DNA of 63,997 bases, the filler included, from Bonamia ostreae (lineage: Eukaryota): the NCBI GenBank assembly GCA_040357525.1. It is 11 parts of 11 records of this genome, joined end to end, with 100 filler letters (N's around TTAATTAATTAA, not from the genome) between each part and the next. Parts side by side here need not be neighbours in the genome. Positions count along the whole stretch, not along the records: positions 35,409 to 41,178 come from JBDODL010000167.1; positions 41,279 to 47,036 come from JBDODL010000168.1; positions 47,137 to 52,874 come from JBDODL010000169.1; 8 more parts are not named here. The stretch is one strand, 5' to 3'. The notes under the pieces are model-generated. The model saw only the letters and a program-made list of their open reading frames with translations, made no database searches and had not been told where the DNA came from. Numbering within the stretch: the stretch's first letter is position 1; every line of letters starts with the position of its first letter. Below are positions 36,227 through 48,710 of this stretch, piece after piece. The position numbers and the translations under genes are program-made.

Positions 36227-39200
36227 TTAATCGGTTTCTTCATATTCAGATTCATATTCCTCCACGATATCATATTCCGAGTTGATCTCTTCCCCTTCTT
36301 CAATCTCCACTTCTTCGTATTCTGAAGTGTATTCATATTCTGAACCGCTCTCGTCGATTAAGTTCCTTCGACCGGCCATTGCCATTTTCAGCGTCGCCGT
36401 TTTCAGCGCTTTGACTTGTACAATTAAAACGTTTCAATCCGACTGGTGGCAGAGGGGTGGACTGTTTAGCAACGTCACTGTCTGTTATCGAATGCTTTTC
36501 TCTCAGTTTTTCGCTGATGGTTTCGGAATAAAAATTTTTTAATTGAACAAAATAAAAATTTAACATCAAATTATCGCGGCGAAAATCGAGATTTTTAAGC
36601 TTTGTTGTGGCTTTTTCGATAGTGATGTTACAAGTTGATATGATGGAAGAGGCATTTGGGACAGAGTCAAATTGAAGTTTGGTCACTTCGCGTTTTGAAG
36701 TGTTTTCTAGTAAAGCAATTTTTTCGGCTCGTTGCAATTTCAACAATTCGTTCATCTCTTGTTTATCCGCTTCCTTTGATTTGTTAAATAAGCAAATGTG
36801 CGGCGAAAAGCAAATTTTGGTAAAACATCGAATCGATCAGAATATCGCTTGAAAAAATAGATTCCTTTTTTGGCTTCAGACTCTTCGAAACCAGTCATTT
36901 GAAATCGCTCGAAATCGTTTGTCGCGGCGCTCAAAGTTTTTTCCAGTTCTTTCAGTTTTGATTCTGTTTCTACATTTTTTTCTTGCAAATTTTTCAATTC
37001 GATTATTTCCGTTTTTACTTTTTTACAATTTAGTCGATTGATTTTTACAAAAATTTATTTTGATTTTTTATAGTTAAATTTTGATTTTTGCGATTTTTTT
37101 GCGTTTTTGTAATTAAATTTACAAAATTGGGAATGTTTTAATAAAATTGCTANNNNNNNNNNNNNNNNNNNNNNNNNNNNNNNNNNNNNNNNNNNNNNNN
37201 NNNNNNNNNNNNNNNNNNNNNNNNNNNNNNNNNNNNNNNNNNNNNNNNNNNNAAATAATATCAATTTTTGTGCGCTTTTTTGTAATTAAATTTTCAAAAT
37301 TGGGAATATTTTAATAAAATTGCTAAAATAATATCAATTTTTGTGCGCTTTTTTGTAATTAAATTTTCAAAATTGGGAATGTTTTTTGGTGCGCTTATCG
37401 CGATTTTAGTAAAAAACATCCAAAAATGACAGACAGTTTTTTGAGTCTAAATTCAGCACTTCTTTCTGCTTCTTTGAGTTTTAGTTCATATTCTTCTTTA
37501 ATTGTTTTTACGCGTTCATTCGCGTCTTTTTGCATTTGTTCAAGTTTTTCTTTTGCAAAACGTTCGTTTCTCGCTTTTTCAACTTTTTAGAGAACTTTAA
37601 AAAATGAACATATTTTTTTGCGTTTTTCTTCTTCCAACTGACGTTCTAGTTTTTCTGATTGTCTTTATATTTCAATTTTGTTTCATTGTTTAAAAAATTG
37701 TTTTTTCGTTGTTAAAAAATTTTTGTTTTTCCGTTTATAAAAAATTGTTTTTTCGTTGTTAAAAAATTTTTGTTTTTCCGTTTATAAAAATTTTTTTTCG
37801 TTGTTAAAAAATTTTTGTTTTTCCGTTTATAAAAATTTTTGTATTTCGTTGTTAGAAAATTTTTGTTTTTTTAAAAACTTTGCTTTTGAATCTGCGTCTC
37901 TAAGAGCGTTTTCAATTCTTTGTTCGGCCTCGGCTTTAATTTTTGCCAAACTTTCTTTTTGCAGTTTTTCTTTTTCTTCCTCTTTTTGTCAGAAAAAATT
38001 TAACCAAGTTTTTTATATTCCTCGTCAAGAATCTTCTTCTGTTTTTCCGTTTCCTCCTCTCTGCGATTTTTTTATATTACCTGGCTTTGTCCTGCGCAGC
38101 TCGAATGGCAGCTTTGAGTTTTTGATCGTGCTCTTCCTTCAAGAAGTTCATTTTCCTCGTGTCTGATCTCGCTTTTGCTAGTTCTTGGGCTGTTATTTAT
38201 TAAAAGTTGACCATTTTCTTCGTAAAAATTTGATCAGAAATTCGCTAAAAAATGGCTAAAACATGTTTTGAAACGATTTTCTTTGGATTTTTCCTCCATT
38301 TCTTTTCTAATTCTCTCTTCAATTTCGCTAAAAATAAAATTTCGAAAACGCGATTTTCGCGTCCGATTCCGCTTTTGTTCGTCTTAAACGATTTTCCGCT
38401 TCTTTCTCGATTTCTTTTATTCTTTCTTCGTTTTTTCTTTTTTCTTCTAAAATAAATTTTTGTTTAAATGACCTTCGTTTTGTTTTAAAATTCGTTCCTT
38501 TTCTTCTTCCAGCGATTTTTGAATGGCGGTCATTCTATTCTTTTGAGAATGGACCATTTCTCTAGCTATTTCACTCTCTTCTTTGAGTCGTTTGCTTTTG
38601 AGTCTCTGTTCTTCCAGCAATTTCTCCATTCTCTCCGTCTCTCTTTTAATTGGAATTTTAAACTGTTTGCGTTCCCTTCGTTGCTCTTCGGTTTCTTCTT
38701 CAACATCTTTTTTGTGATGTTTCAATTGGCGTTCCAAATTTTCTGTTTTTCTAAAAATTTTTTAGTTAAACTTGATTTGCTGCGCCAGTTTGATTTTTGC
38801 CCCGCGTTTGTCTATTTGAAATTTGAATTAACAGAACTGTTGTCGAATTGAAAAAAATTATTTAAAATTTCCAAAAAAGAAATTGAATAGAAATACAAAA
38901 TTAATTGCAAAATAAAAATAAAAATTTCCAAAAAAAATAACAAAAACGCAAAATTAATTGCAAAAAATTTCAAAAAAATAACAAAAATTCAAAACTAATT
39001 GCAAAAAATTTCAAAAAAATAACAGAAATGCAAAATTAATTGCAAAAAAATTATTAAAAATATCGTTAATGACGTTCTTTTAAATCCTTCTCTTTTCTCT
39101 TTTCTTCTCGAAGACGCGTTTTAATTTTTAATTTGCGGCGATTTTTCTTTTTCGGCTTTGGTGATTTTTCATCTTTCGTTTTTACTTCTTCGTCCGATAA

Positions 39201-39989
39201 GTCTTGCAGAAATTCGAACAATCCAATGCCAAAATTTTTGTCTTTATCGCTTCTCGATTTTTCTTCTCCAGAAGAGAGCGCTGTAGCTTCAAAAAATGTC
39301 AATTTTCTCTGGTTTGTTGAGGAACTTTTTTCGACGGTGGATTTGGTTTTCTCTTGACTGGAGCTGCTGGAATCCAGAAACATCGAATATTTTAAATAGT
39401 CGAAACTCGAAACGGTCGTTTTATCGGTTTTCTTTTTTTGTAAATTTTGTTCTTTTTCGTTCAATGCGTTTTCTGTTCGCTTTTGTTTTCCGATTTTTGT
39501 CTGCGATAAATTTTCGTTTTCTGTTTTTGTGTGTTTGTTTTTTGGTATTTTCCGTCTTTTCTTTTTTCGTACTTTCTTCTTTTTGTGTTTTTTTAGTTTC
39601 TGTTTTTCTTCTTCGAGATGTTCTTTTTTGTTTTCTGTTGTTTCTAGAATTTCAATTTTTATAACTTGGAATTTCAATTTTTTCTTTTTGTTCTTCATTT
39701 TTTTCTATTTGTTCTTCAACTTTTTCTTTTTGTTGGTCAATTATTGTTGTTAATCTTTTGCGTCTAATTTTGCGCACTTTTTTCTTTTTGCGCTAAAAAT
39801 GGCGTTAAGAACTTTTTTAGGTTCTTCAATTTTAAGAAGTTTGATGATCATTTTCCGATCAAGTTTTTCTGGTACAATCTTCGCTAGTTCAGAATGGCCT
39901 ATTTTGCGAATGGATTCCATATCGTACGACCCTGTTAATCGCAACACTACAGATTTGTCGAATCCATGCGCCAGAAGCAAATTTTCCAT
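36227..39989 (-). CDS. Large Lys/Glu-rich coiled-coil protein with an N-terminal SAM-like domain and acidic Glu/Tyr tail (multi-exon)
   Basis: Exons 39750-39989 (SAM-like helices), 39066-39698, 38447-38737, 36752-36997 and 36333-36755; tail EYEEVEIEEGEEINSEYDIVEEYESEYEETD. Exact exon joins are uncertain. Confidence 0.45.
37088..37385. repeat. Intronic tandem repeat (~70 bp) spanning a gap; further intronic repeats at 37689-37870 and 38895-39050
   Basis: Repeated GTAATTAAATTTTCAAAATTGGGAAT..., TTTCGTTGTTAAAAAATTTTTGTTTTTCCGTTTATAA and CAAAATTAATTGCAAAAAA units. Confidence 0.85.
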
Positions 39990-41315
39990 TTACAAAGGCT
40001 ATTATAGTAAAAACTATTAACATCAAAGCAATAGAAATGTACACTTAAATTTTATTTGTGAATAGCGCGTCTTTTCCCAGAATAAATAAAAATGTCCTCT
40101 AAAATAAACTTTATTCGTAAAAATTAAATTTTTGTAATTTTTTATTGCGTAGAAAATCGAACTTCAATTTTTTCTTAAAAAATATCAAAATCGAAATTCT
40201 ATTCGATTTGTTCGGCGATGATATTGTAATCAAAAATACAAGTCTAACCGATAAAGAATTTTCAGACTACGCTAATCAATCTTTTAAAATAGACGTAAAA
40301 ATTTTAAAAGTATTAAAATAAAATGTCTGATAGCCAAAAAAATAATTTTGCACAAAAATTAACTGAACAAATTGACAAATTAATACGACAAGATATTAAA
40401 TGTTCTTATGATGCTATTATACAAATTAAAGTTAAAGCAGTTTTGAATGCAAGAAACTATAACCAACCGCTTTCTTCTTTCTAGAAGAAAAGGCTGATTA
40501 CTCGCATAAAATACAAGAAACAATAACTTGAAAATTGCATCTTTCAACATTACTTATATAAGAAACTTGATTCAAACTATTAAATGGATTACATCCAAAA
40601 TCTCGGATATCGAAATTCAAGGCGTTAAAGTAAAAACATAGATTCCTCCATGGAGTAATTGTAATGATGTTAACCTCATTGACGATCTTGAAACCAAAAT
40701 CGCAAAACAATGAAACACCAATAAACACGCTCACAAATACTTTAGGCGCTTCGTTGATATTAACATATAAATAACAAAAAAATAACTGCTCAATGTATGA
40801 GACCAATTTCGTTGCTATCAAATTTCGGAAAAATTTGAACGGATTATTTTAACTAAACTTACTTTAATCCGAAAAACCAATTTGGTTTTGTCAGAGAATT
40901 ATCAACAAGAGAACCTCTACAAATTTTAAAATCTGGTATTCCCAGCAATTTTCATAAAAAATCAACTTTGCAGTCTTCGTGGATTTTGGAGAAGAAGCAA
41001 GTTCTCAAGAATAATAGCATACGATCAACAAAAATTAATCAAATTTTTGAAATTCGGAAGCACAATGAAATATTTTAGCCTTAATAAACCATTTCCTTGG
41101 CAAAACTGTTAATTTTTTTTCGTTTTGTTACCAGAGAATCCATCCTCTAGGTTGATCCCTCTCGCGAGGGTAGAATAANNNNNNNNNNNNNNNNNNNNNN
41201 NNNNNNNNNNNNNNNNNNNNNNTTAATTAATTAANNNNNNNNNNNNNNNNNNNNNNNNNNNNNNNNNNNNNNNNNNNNCAATAACCGCTCGCCAGAAAGA
41301 GATGATAATTATCAA

Positions 41316-42195
41316 ATGACGGATAGCGACTCAACGGCAAATTTGAAAAACGAAAATTCGACTTTGCCAACAAAAAATATTGAAAGATTGAACAGACAAA
41401 ATATTTTGAGGACCGAAGAAGACAGAGAAGAAAAAGAAATGATTGAACATTGCGAACGCCAAATGGTGCAAATAAAAGGCAATTTGGTTGTTTTGAGGAG
41501 AAAAATGGAAGAAAAGATCCGGTTGCGTCGATTAATGAACGAAAATCACGCAACATTGCAGCTTCTGATTAAGTACCAAAAGGAGTTGAATGAGCCCCTC
41601 GGCAAGAACATTCGCTCCCGAGTCGAGGATGGCGGATTGAAGTTCTCGGGCGGAGTGGTCGTGCCGGTTCCAGTCCATTTTATCGAGGCGCAGACTTTGC
41701 TTTTACAAGAACAAGTTGCCGTTCAGTCTGCGAATTTGTCCAAATCGCAGCGGATTCTTAGAAACCAGGTTCTCAGAAATTTTCTTTTTGAACAAATTTC
41801 TTTTTTTTTGTTGAAAATTTTTTGACAAATTTTTTCTTTTATTGTTCAAAATTTTTTTGACAACTTTTCTTTTTTTTTTAATTTTTGACCAAATTTTTTT
41901 CAATTTTTAAAGTTTTAACAAAATTCAATTTAATATTAAAAACATGCAATTTTCTAAATCCATCCATTCGCAAACTATAAAAACGACGATATTTACAAAA
42001 TTAATCATTTGGCAAATTTATTATTTTGTTTTATCAAAGTGATAAATATTGTTTTCAAAATTTGCAAATTCAAAATATGAAAATATCACTGTTTATAATT
42101 TGCCGAATGGACAAACTTACAAAATTAAAAAAAAAGATGGAACTTTTTCGCCAATTTCAATTGTTGCAGCAACAAAAACTTTGAGCAAGTTGTAA
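41316..42195 (+). CDS. Coiled-coil protein, weakly like the DP/E2F dimerisation region
   Basis: ORF 41316-41825 (KMEEKIRLRRLMNENHATLQLLIKYQKEL...VPVPVHFIE), with a probable last exon ending at 42195. Confidence 0.3.
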
Positions 42196-42204
42196 ATCAA
42201 AATT

Positions 42205-43334
42205 TTAAAAATTTTTATCGTTCTCAAAATCGTCAATTTTTCCTTCGTCAAGTCTCAAATCAATTTTATATTCATCTTCAAATTTTTCTCTTTTCACTTT
42301 TTGCTTTTGACCAAAATTGGACCAAAAATCGGACAAAAATTTAAATTTGTCCAAATTTGGCTTTTCCTGTTTTTCCATTTTTACAATATTTTCAATATTT
42401 TCGCGTTCTTTCAAAAGTTGTGATTTCGACATTTCTTCTCCGAAAAGATTTTTTGTCGATTCCGAATATTCTTTTTTGCGCTTCTTTTCATATTCGACAT
42501 TTCCAGAATTCTCTACGATATCTGTTAAGGCTGCCACCAAATCACTCTTTTCGTTCAAAATTCGCGATTTGCTCAGCGACCTATTTTGCGATTTTTCCTT
42601 TTCAGTCAAAAGCGGTTCAGTCAAAATCTGCGCAGCTTCGTTTATTTTGACATTTTCTCGATTTGCAAAATCATATTTTTTCGGTTTGTTTTTGTCTCGG
42701 TTCTTCATCACATGTTCGGCAAAATCTTTTGTCGACATGTCTAAGGCCTCGTAGATTTTGTGTGGGACGAAATGGAAGTAAATTCTGCTGATTAGACTTC
42801 CGAGCACAATAGTTATCGATGATTCTCGCATGACCGCGTACTCTTTTTCGGATATTCTGGAATCGTCGAATTGCGTCGGAGGGCGTTTTCTGAACTTCCA
42901 AACGTGTCTATGTCGGAAGCCTTGCGTTCTGTCGCAGACCCACGGATACGCGGTTTCGAGTGTTTTCTAGTTGATTACAAAAATTTTCAAACGCGTCGCT
43001 TTTCGAAATCCCTGATCGTTTTGACTTGTAAGCAAAGATTTAAGTCTGATCTGGTTCTAGAGCACGGCAAAAGCCGACTATCGTTATAACGTTCTCTCTG
43101 TGACGCCAAAGTGCTGTAAATTGCGCAGAAAAGATGGACTTTGAAGGCGTCGGAACAAGAGATGTTGTTAGGGTCGTTCGATGGGTTCCAAAGTGGATAA
43201 TGAAATGAGTCGTTGGTTTTCTGAAATATGTCTTTTTTGGGCCAAATTTTTTTGTCGACAATTTCGTCGTCGTCGTCGTCGTTTGACAACAGAAACTCGG
43301 TCTTGTTTGGGTTGTTTTCAGATTTAATCGACAT
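42205..43334 (-). CDS. EMI1/C22orf39 (DUF3128)-like Cys-motif protein with C-terminal extension
   Basis: SCSDAFKVHLFC...SQRERY....PCSRTRSDLNLCLQVK...|HVWKFRKRPP, in frame with ORF 42205-42831. Confidence 0.6.
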
Positions 43335-43588
43335 TGTAAGCTTTTTCTGCTTTTGTTTTTGACTATTCTAAAATATATGAGTGCTAATATATGGGATTGT
43401 CTTAAATTTTTTGAAAATGGTTATTTGATGTTAGTGCATTTTGAGCAATATTTAGAAAAGATAAGGATAGTCAACAAATTTTTGTACTAAATCGTTCAAC
43501 AAATTTTTGTACTAAATCGTTAAGATGTAACTTGCTAAATTCAATAACTTGGCAAAAGACAATTTTAGCCATTTTTATAAAACATAAA

Positions 43589-44294
43589 ATGTTCAAGTTT
43601 TCGACAAAACTGATTCCATTTTATTCTTGTAAAAATATTGTTAATCCAAATAAACACCATTTTGCTAAAAGGACGATAAAAGTAGTGTGCGTTGAAGACA
43701 TCCCCAATTTTGGTAACAAAGGATTAGTGCGCACCTGCAAACCAGGGTTTAATAGACAAAAAATAGAGCATTGAGAAACTGGTTACGTCCTCAAAAATTG
43801 GCTGCTATCGCGACCAAAGAAAATATCGACACATATTACGACCCGAAAGCCGTTTTTGATATTCCCAAATTTCAACTTTTTTTGAAAAATAGCAAAAATA
43901 ATAACTAAAATTTTTCTAAAATAAAAATTTTCACGTCTAAAAAATTGTAGGAAAAAATAAATAGCTTGAAAAAAGAGAAAAAAGCAGAACAAAAAAGAGT
44001 TAAAAGAATGAGCAAAACAGTCCTCAAAATTTATCGACCGCATTCAAACCGAATTTTGGACCAAAAAATCACAGAAGGAGACATTTCCGCTCTAATGTTT
44101 AAACATTTTAGCGTTATTTTGGATCCGGAGAAAATCGAAATCAAAGACCACGAAATTATCGAAAAAGTTTTAATTGTCAATTTTAGCTCGGAAATTACGA
44201 TTTTTATGCTGATCACGAAGGAAATCGCGTAAAAATGCACATCTTGATCGAACCGATAAAGATTATCGAGAAAGAAAAATTTGAAATTGATTAA
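43589..44294 (+). CDS. MRPL9: Mitochondrial ribosomal protein bL9m
   Basis: Transit-like N-terminus, then IKVVCVEDIPNFGNKGLVRTCKPG|ALRNWLRPQKLA and IIEK|LGNY; 20-nt intron at 43747-43766. Confidence 0.85.
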
Positions 44295-44306
44295 ATTTTT
44301 AAAATT

Positions 44307-47036
44307 TTACATATTTATTAATAACGATTTTGGAATTTCGGATAAATATCGACTTGAAATTTAGCAAAAAACCTTGGTACCATTTGTAAACCATTTTGAT
44401 CATTGAGAACAGACGTTATTATTAAATGCTTTGCCGCTCTCGACATCGCCTTTTTTTATTTAAGTTTGAATAATTTGGACGTAATTTTGTGTTAAAACCA
44501 CATAAACGACTTTTCGTTCTTCTTCTAAAATGTCATCGCCATTGTTTTCGTCATTGTAGCCACAGATATTGCCTTCCAAAGCATTTACATTTATGTATCC
44601 CGTCATTGGGAAATATCCTTCATTGAACGTCTTCAAAAACACAACATCCCATTGCAATCCTTTTGCTATTTTCCAATATTGTCAAATTTTGTTTTTAAAA
44701 AAAAGTTAAAAATTTTTATTCTAAAATTAATAAAATAAGCCTTGATGTACAGTTGAAAGAGTAACAGCAGAATCAGAATTCGAAATTCCTTTGATGTCAT
44801 TATTTACAAAAGAAATAAAATCGAAGATTTGGTTTTTCAAAAGTTGGTTCGATTTTATTATCTTTTTGTTAAATTTTTAAACTTGTGATTCGACCAGTTT
44901 ATTCGCAAAATTTATAAAATAACCCATTTCAGAAATGTTTTTGTACCTTTAATTCGAAAGTTATAAAACTTTGTATCTTCGATAACAACTTTCACAACTT
45001 CTTCAATAGTTTTCAGTTTTTTGAGTTTTGTTTCCAATCGTTTTACTGTCACCACAAAATTCAATAATTTATTTTGGGATCTGTTAATAGATTTTTTAAG
45101 TACTTTTTTTGAATCAAGTGGCGCCTGGAGGCACAACAATCTCTTGCTGCCGAAAACAAAGAAATTTTTTTGTACTTTGAATATTGTTTTATATTTTCAA
45201 ATGATGCCTTTGCAGTTTTTATGAATTGTGACAATAAAACGGAATAAATAGAAATCAAAAATACTCAAATCTGTGACAATAAATAGAATGAAAATTTGCA
45301 AATTAAAGAAATCAACCTTTCCAATTCTCAAAAAAGATTTATTGCATATTTTAGAGAAAGCTTCGTCGTTGTCACTGTCTAAAATAATTTCTAAAAAGGA
45401 AATAATTAAATTTGCCTCTTTTTTCTTATTCGCAAAGAAACTTATTTTTGAAAAATTGTCTGTCTTTGTCGCCGGAACAGATTCTTTCTTCAAAACTAAA
45501 AACAATTCGTTTAAAGCGCTTTTTGTTCGTGACAAAACTGCCATTTTGTGATATCTTTTTTATTCAATTATCAGTTTTATATCTTTTTATTGTTTCATTC
45601 AAAAAACGGAATTGTTTTATTCAAAATTTTGATTCTGTCACAAATTTTTTTTGCTTCGGCCAAATAATTTTTGCAAATAAAATATTCTAATTTCTCCTTT
45701 AAATAATTTTAAAAACTCCATTTTCTTTTTTAGTCCACGTTTTTTTGTTCGCAAAACGATTTTTGTTGAAGGATATCAGAGCTGAGTAAGCGTCTACAAT
45801 GTTTTTTCTTTTAAAATTCTTTATCATTTTTAAACTTTGAACGGTAACTTTGTTCAAGTAACAATATTTTGCAATTAAAATGTTGACGAAATTTTTCAAA
45901 GCATTCAAAATTTCCTCCTCTCCAACCATAAATCTTTACAACAATTTTTTAATGTTACCGATTGGTCTTCATCTCCACAGACAAAAATGTTTTTGTGCAC
46001 TTTTGTGAGTTCTAACAGCAATTCGAATTGGTTTTTTGAAATATCTTGGAATTCTGTTTTTAGTGAAAATTTGTATCAAAAATTTTAAATTTGATATAAA
46101 ATTAACCGTCGCATAAAACGTATTTGAATAGTGCGCAATATTTTTTGTTTATTATCGGATTTCTTTTTGATGTTTTATTTTAAAATGAACGATTTTATAA
46201 GATTTACAGCCATTGGTACCATGTCTTTTTCATTTCGTAATAATTTATCGATTTTGTAATAAAAAGTGGAGAATTTTAATAAAATCGGCAAATTTCAAAA
46301 ACCATTAAAATCGATAAAATTGTTTTGTAAAAGTGCTTTTTCATAAGATTCAAAAATTTGTTTGAATTGAGATTTATCTCCAGTATCGACTGTTTTAAGA
46401 TGAGAACGGTCATGTTTAATTAATCGAATCACAGACAAAATTCTATTTAAGGTCTTCATTTTGTAGCCGAAAAAATAATTCGATGTTGTAAAGTCACTCG
46501 CTTTTAATTGTCGTCATTTTTTATAATTTTTTTATTGTTATCATTTTTAAACTTTTTATAAAATTTTTTTGTTATTGTCGCCATTATAAATTAAAAATAC
46601 TTTATAAAAATAAACCAAAATCAAAAGGTTTCATACTTTCAAACAAAAATTCTTCGTCTTCTGAATTGGAATGAACAAAATCTACAAAAAAATTTCTAAA
46701 AACCTTTTTTCGGAAGTTGTAAAACTGTTTCTTTTTTAATGCCCATTTTTTGCAAAATTTCTGAAATTATTTTCCTTTGCGCGTTTGGATCCAAAACTTT
46801 GAACTTTTTAAAATAACTATTTTAAACTTCTTTTTCGTAATTTAATAATTTAAAATTTTCCCGCAAAATTGTCAACGCCAACTTTTTTTAATGTAAAATT
46901 TATGTTATCATTTTTTGTAATAATTTTATTAACAAAAAACTTGATGAAAATTGCAAACAGTCAATTGTTTGGAAACATTGAAACCAATTGTTTCTTTAAC
47001 TCTTTTTTTGATTTCTTAATTGTTATAATATTGCAA
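44307..47036 (-). CDS. UvrD/Rep/Srs2-family SF1 DNA helicase, 5' truncated
   Basis: VLCDE|FQD, VCGDEDQS|IYGWRG, LEQSYRS, VTLSTVHQ|AKGLQWDVVF, EEERKVVYV|AMSRA and PS|RYLSEIP. Confidence 0.9.
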
Positions 47037-47172
47037 NNNNNNNNNNNNNNNNNNNNNNNNNNNNNNNNNNNNNNNNNNNNTTAATTAATTAANNNNNNNN
47101 NNNNNNNNNNNNNNNNNNNNNNNNNNNNNNNNNNNNTTTTTACATTGTAAATTTTTTTATTGCCAAATTATT

Positions 47173-48450
47173 TTATTCATTTACAAAATTTATAATTCGT
47201 TCGATTTTGTTGTGAGTGTGATCTCTAATGGTTTCCCGAGTCGATATGGCCAGATCCAGATTTCGATTGTTCTTGATTTCTTCTAAAAACTGCCTTTTTT
47301 CTTGTTTAAAATATTCTTCTGTCGTCAATTTCTCGACTTCCTCTTTCATTCTATCATCTTCCAATTTTAGCTAAAATTGCAATTTGAAACAATCAACAGA
47401 TCGTGGGCCGTGTTCAAACAAGTCCGCATCCCGTCTACCAAAGCGAGCACACTTTCTTCGCTTAACAGATCGCGCGCTTCTTCCAGCGTAAAATTTCCTT
47501 TCGACAGTTCTTTGATTTCTCTGAAGACTTTTTCTTTGGTCTCCGCGTACTCGCTCCCGTCCCCGGAACCGCTTCCTTTCACGTCGAAGGGAAGCGGGTC
47601 CGACTCGATAGCGGTTTTGTCGCTCTTCCGTTGTTGCCCAGACAACTCTTTCTCGGTTTCGGTGACAGCTCCGGTCGTCAGCTCGTCGGAAGAAAAGTCT
47701 ATTTTCAAGCAAAACCATTTGTACAAAGCGGATTGGACCGAGGCGCGCTCGATGGCGCTCTCGTCTTTAGAAAGTTCACGTTTGATTTGTTCCGCTTCGT
47801 GCGCCAATCTTTTGGAATGCTCGTCGAATTTGCCGATCAAAAGTTTGTTTCGCGTTACCATTTCTTCGTTCAAAGCGGTTCGCGTCGCTTCGTCTCGGAA
47901 GACGGCAGCGGACGCGGCTCTGTTCATCCGGAAGACGTAGTCGTGTTCGCTTTGTTTAGTCCAATGGAAACTCTTCGGCGTCCAAGAACGGCAGCAGAGT
48001 TCTGATTTGGCGCATCGTTTTGTCTGGAATCGCGTTCGCGCTCATCCCTTTCAGTTCTTTGGCCATTCTGAAAGTCTTTTTGTCGCCGAATTGGTCTTCG
48101 CCGAAAGTGCTTTTTCGGTCGAAATGGGTTTCGCTGTTTTCTTTCTTGAGCGAAATCTGTTCCATTCCGCGCATCGTGGCGTCTTCTATTTTGCGCAAAT
48201 AGGATCTTCTGAATTGGTCGTCGCTTTCTTGGCGAATTCTTTTTCTTATCTGGAAATATTCGGAGAAATTGGGCCTGATCCAATCTGTCTTGTCGTCTGG
48301 TTCTGGGACTCGAACTTTCGCTCCATCGCTCGGATGGGCTTTAAGTGCGAAAGTCCGGATAAAATAAAAGCAGCTCGAAAATGGCGGAATTAAAGAGCGC
48401 TTGCAGAGATCGTTGAAGAGCGATTTGTGAGTTCGTTGAGCTCGGAGCAT
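47173..48450 (-). CDS. Hypothetical protein (possible mitochondrial transit peptide), spliced
   Basis: ORF 47956-48450 joins 47367-47927 via a 22-nt intron (47950-47971), then 47173-47364. Confidence 0.55.
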
Positions 48451-48710
48451 TGATTTGATTTTTGGCCAAGTTAGCGATGGAAACTAGATATTTTCGTATA
48501 TTTATAAGTGCTAATTTTATAATTTATTCAAAATGGTTGTAAGAATTTTAAAAATTTTCAAACTGTAAGATTTCTGTAATTTTAAAAATTTCCCGACTTA
48601 AAATGGGTGAACAATGAGAATCTTTTTATAAAAATCTATCCCGAGAAATCTTAATAGAAACATCCCGATTAATTTTTTTAATCAGAAACAATTAAAAGCA
48701 TCAGATATTA

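Noticed and set aside
44307-47036. UvrD helicase as bacterial contamination or a defence system
   Set aside because: It has many host-type tiny introns, and UvrD/Srs2-like helicases are common in eukaryotes.
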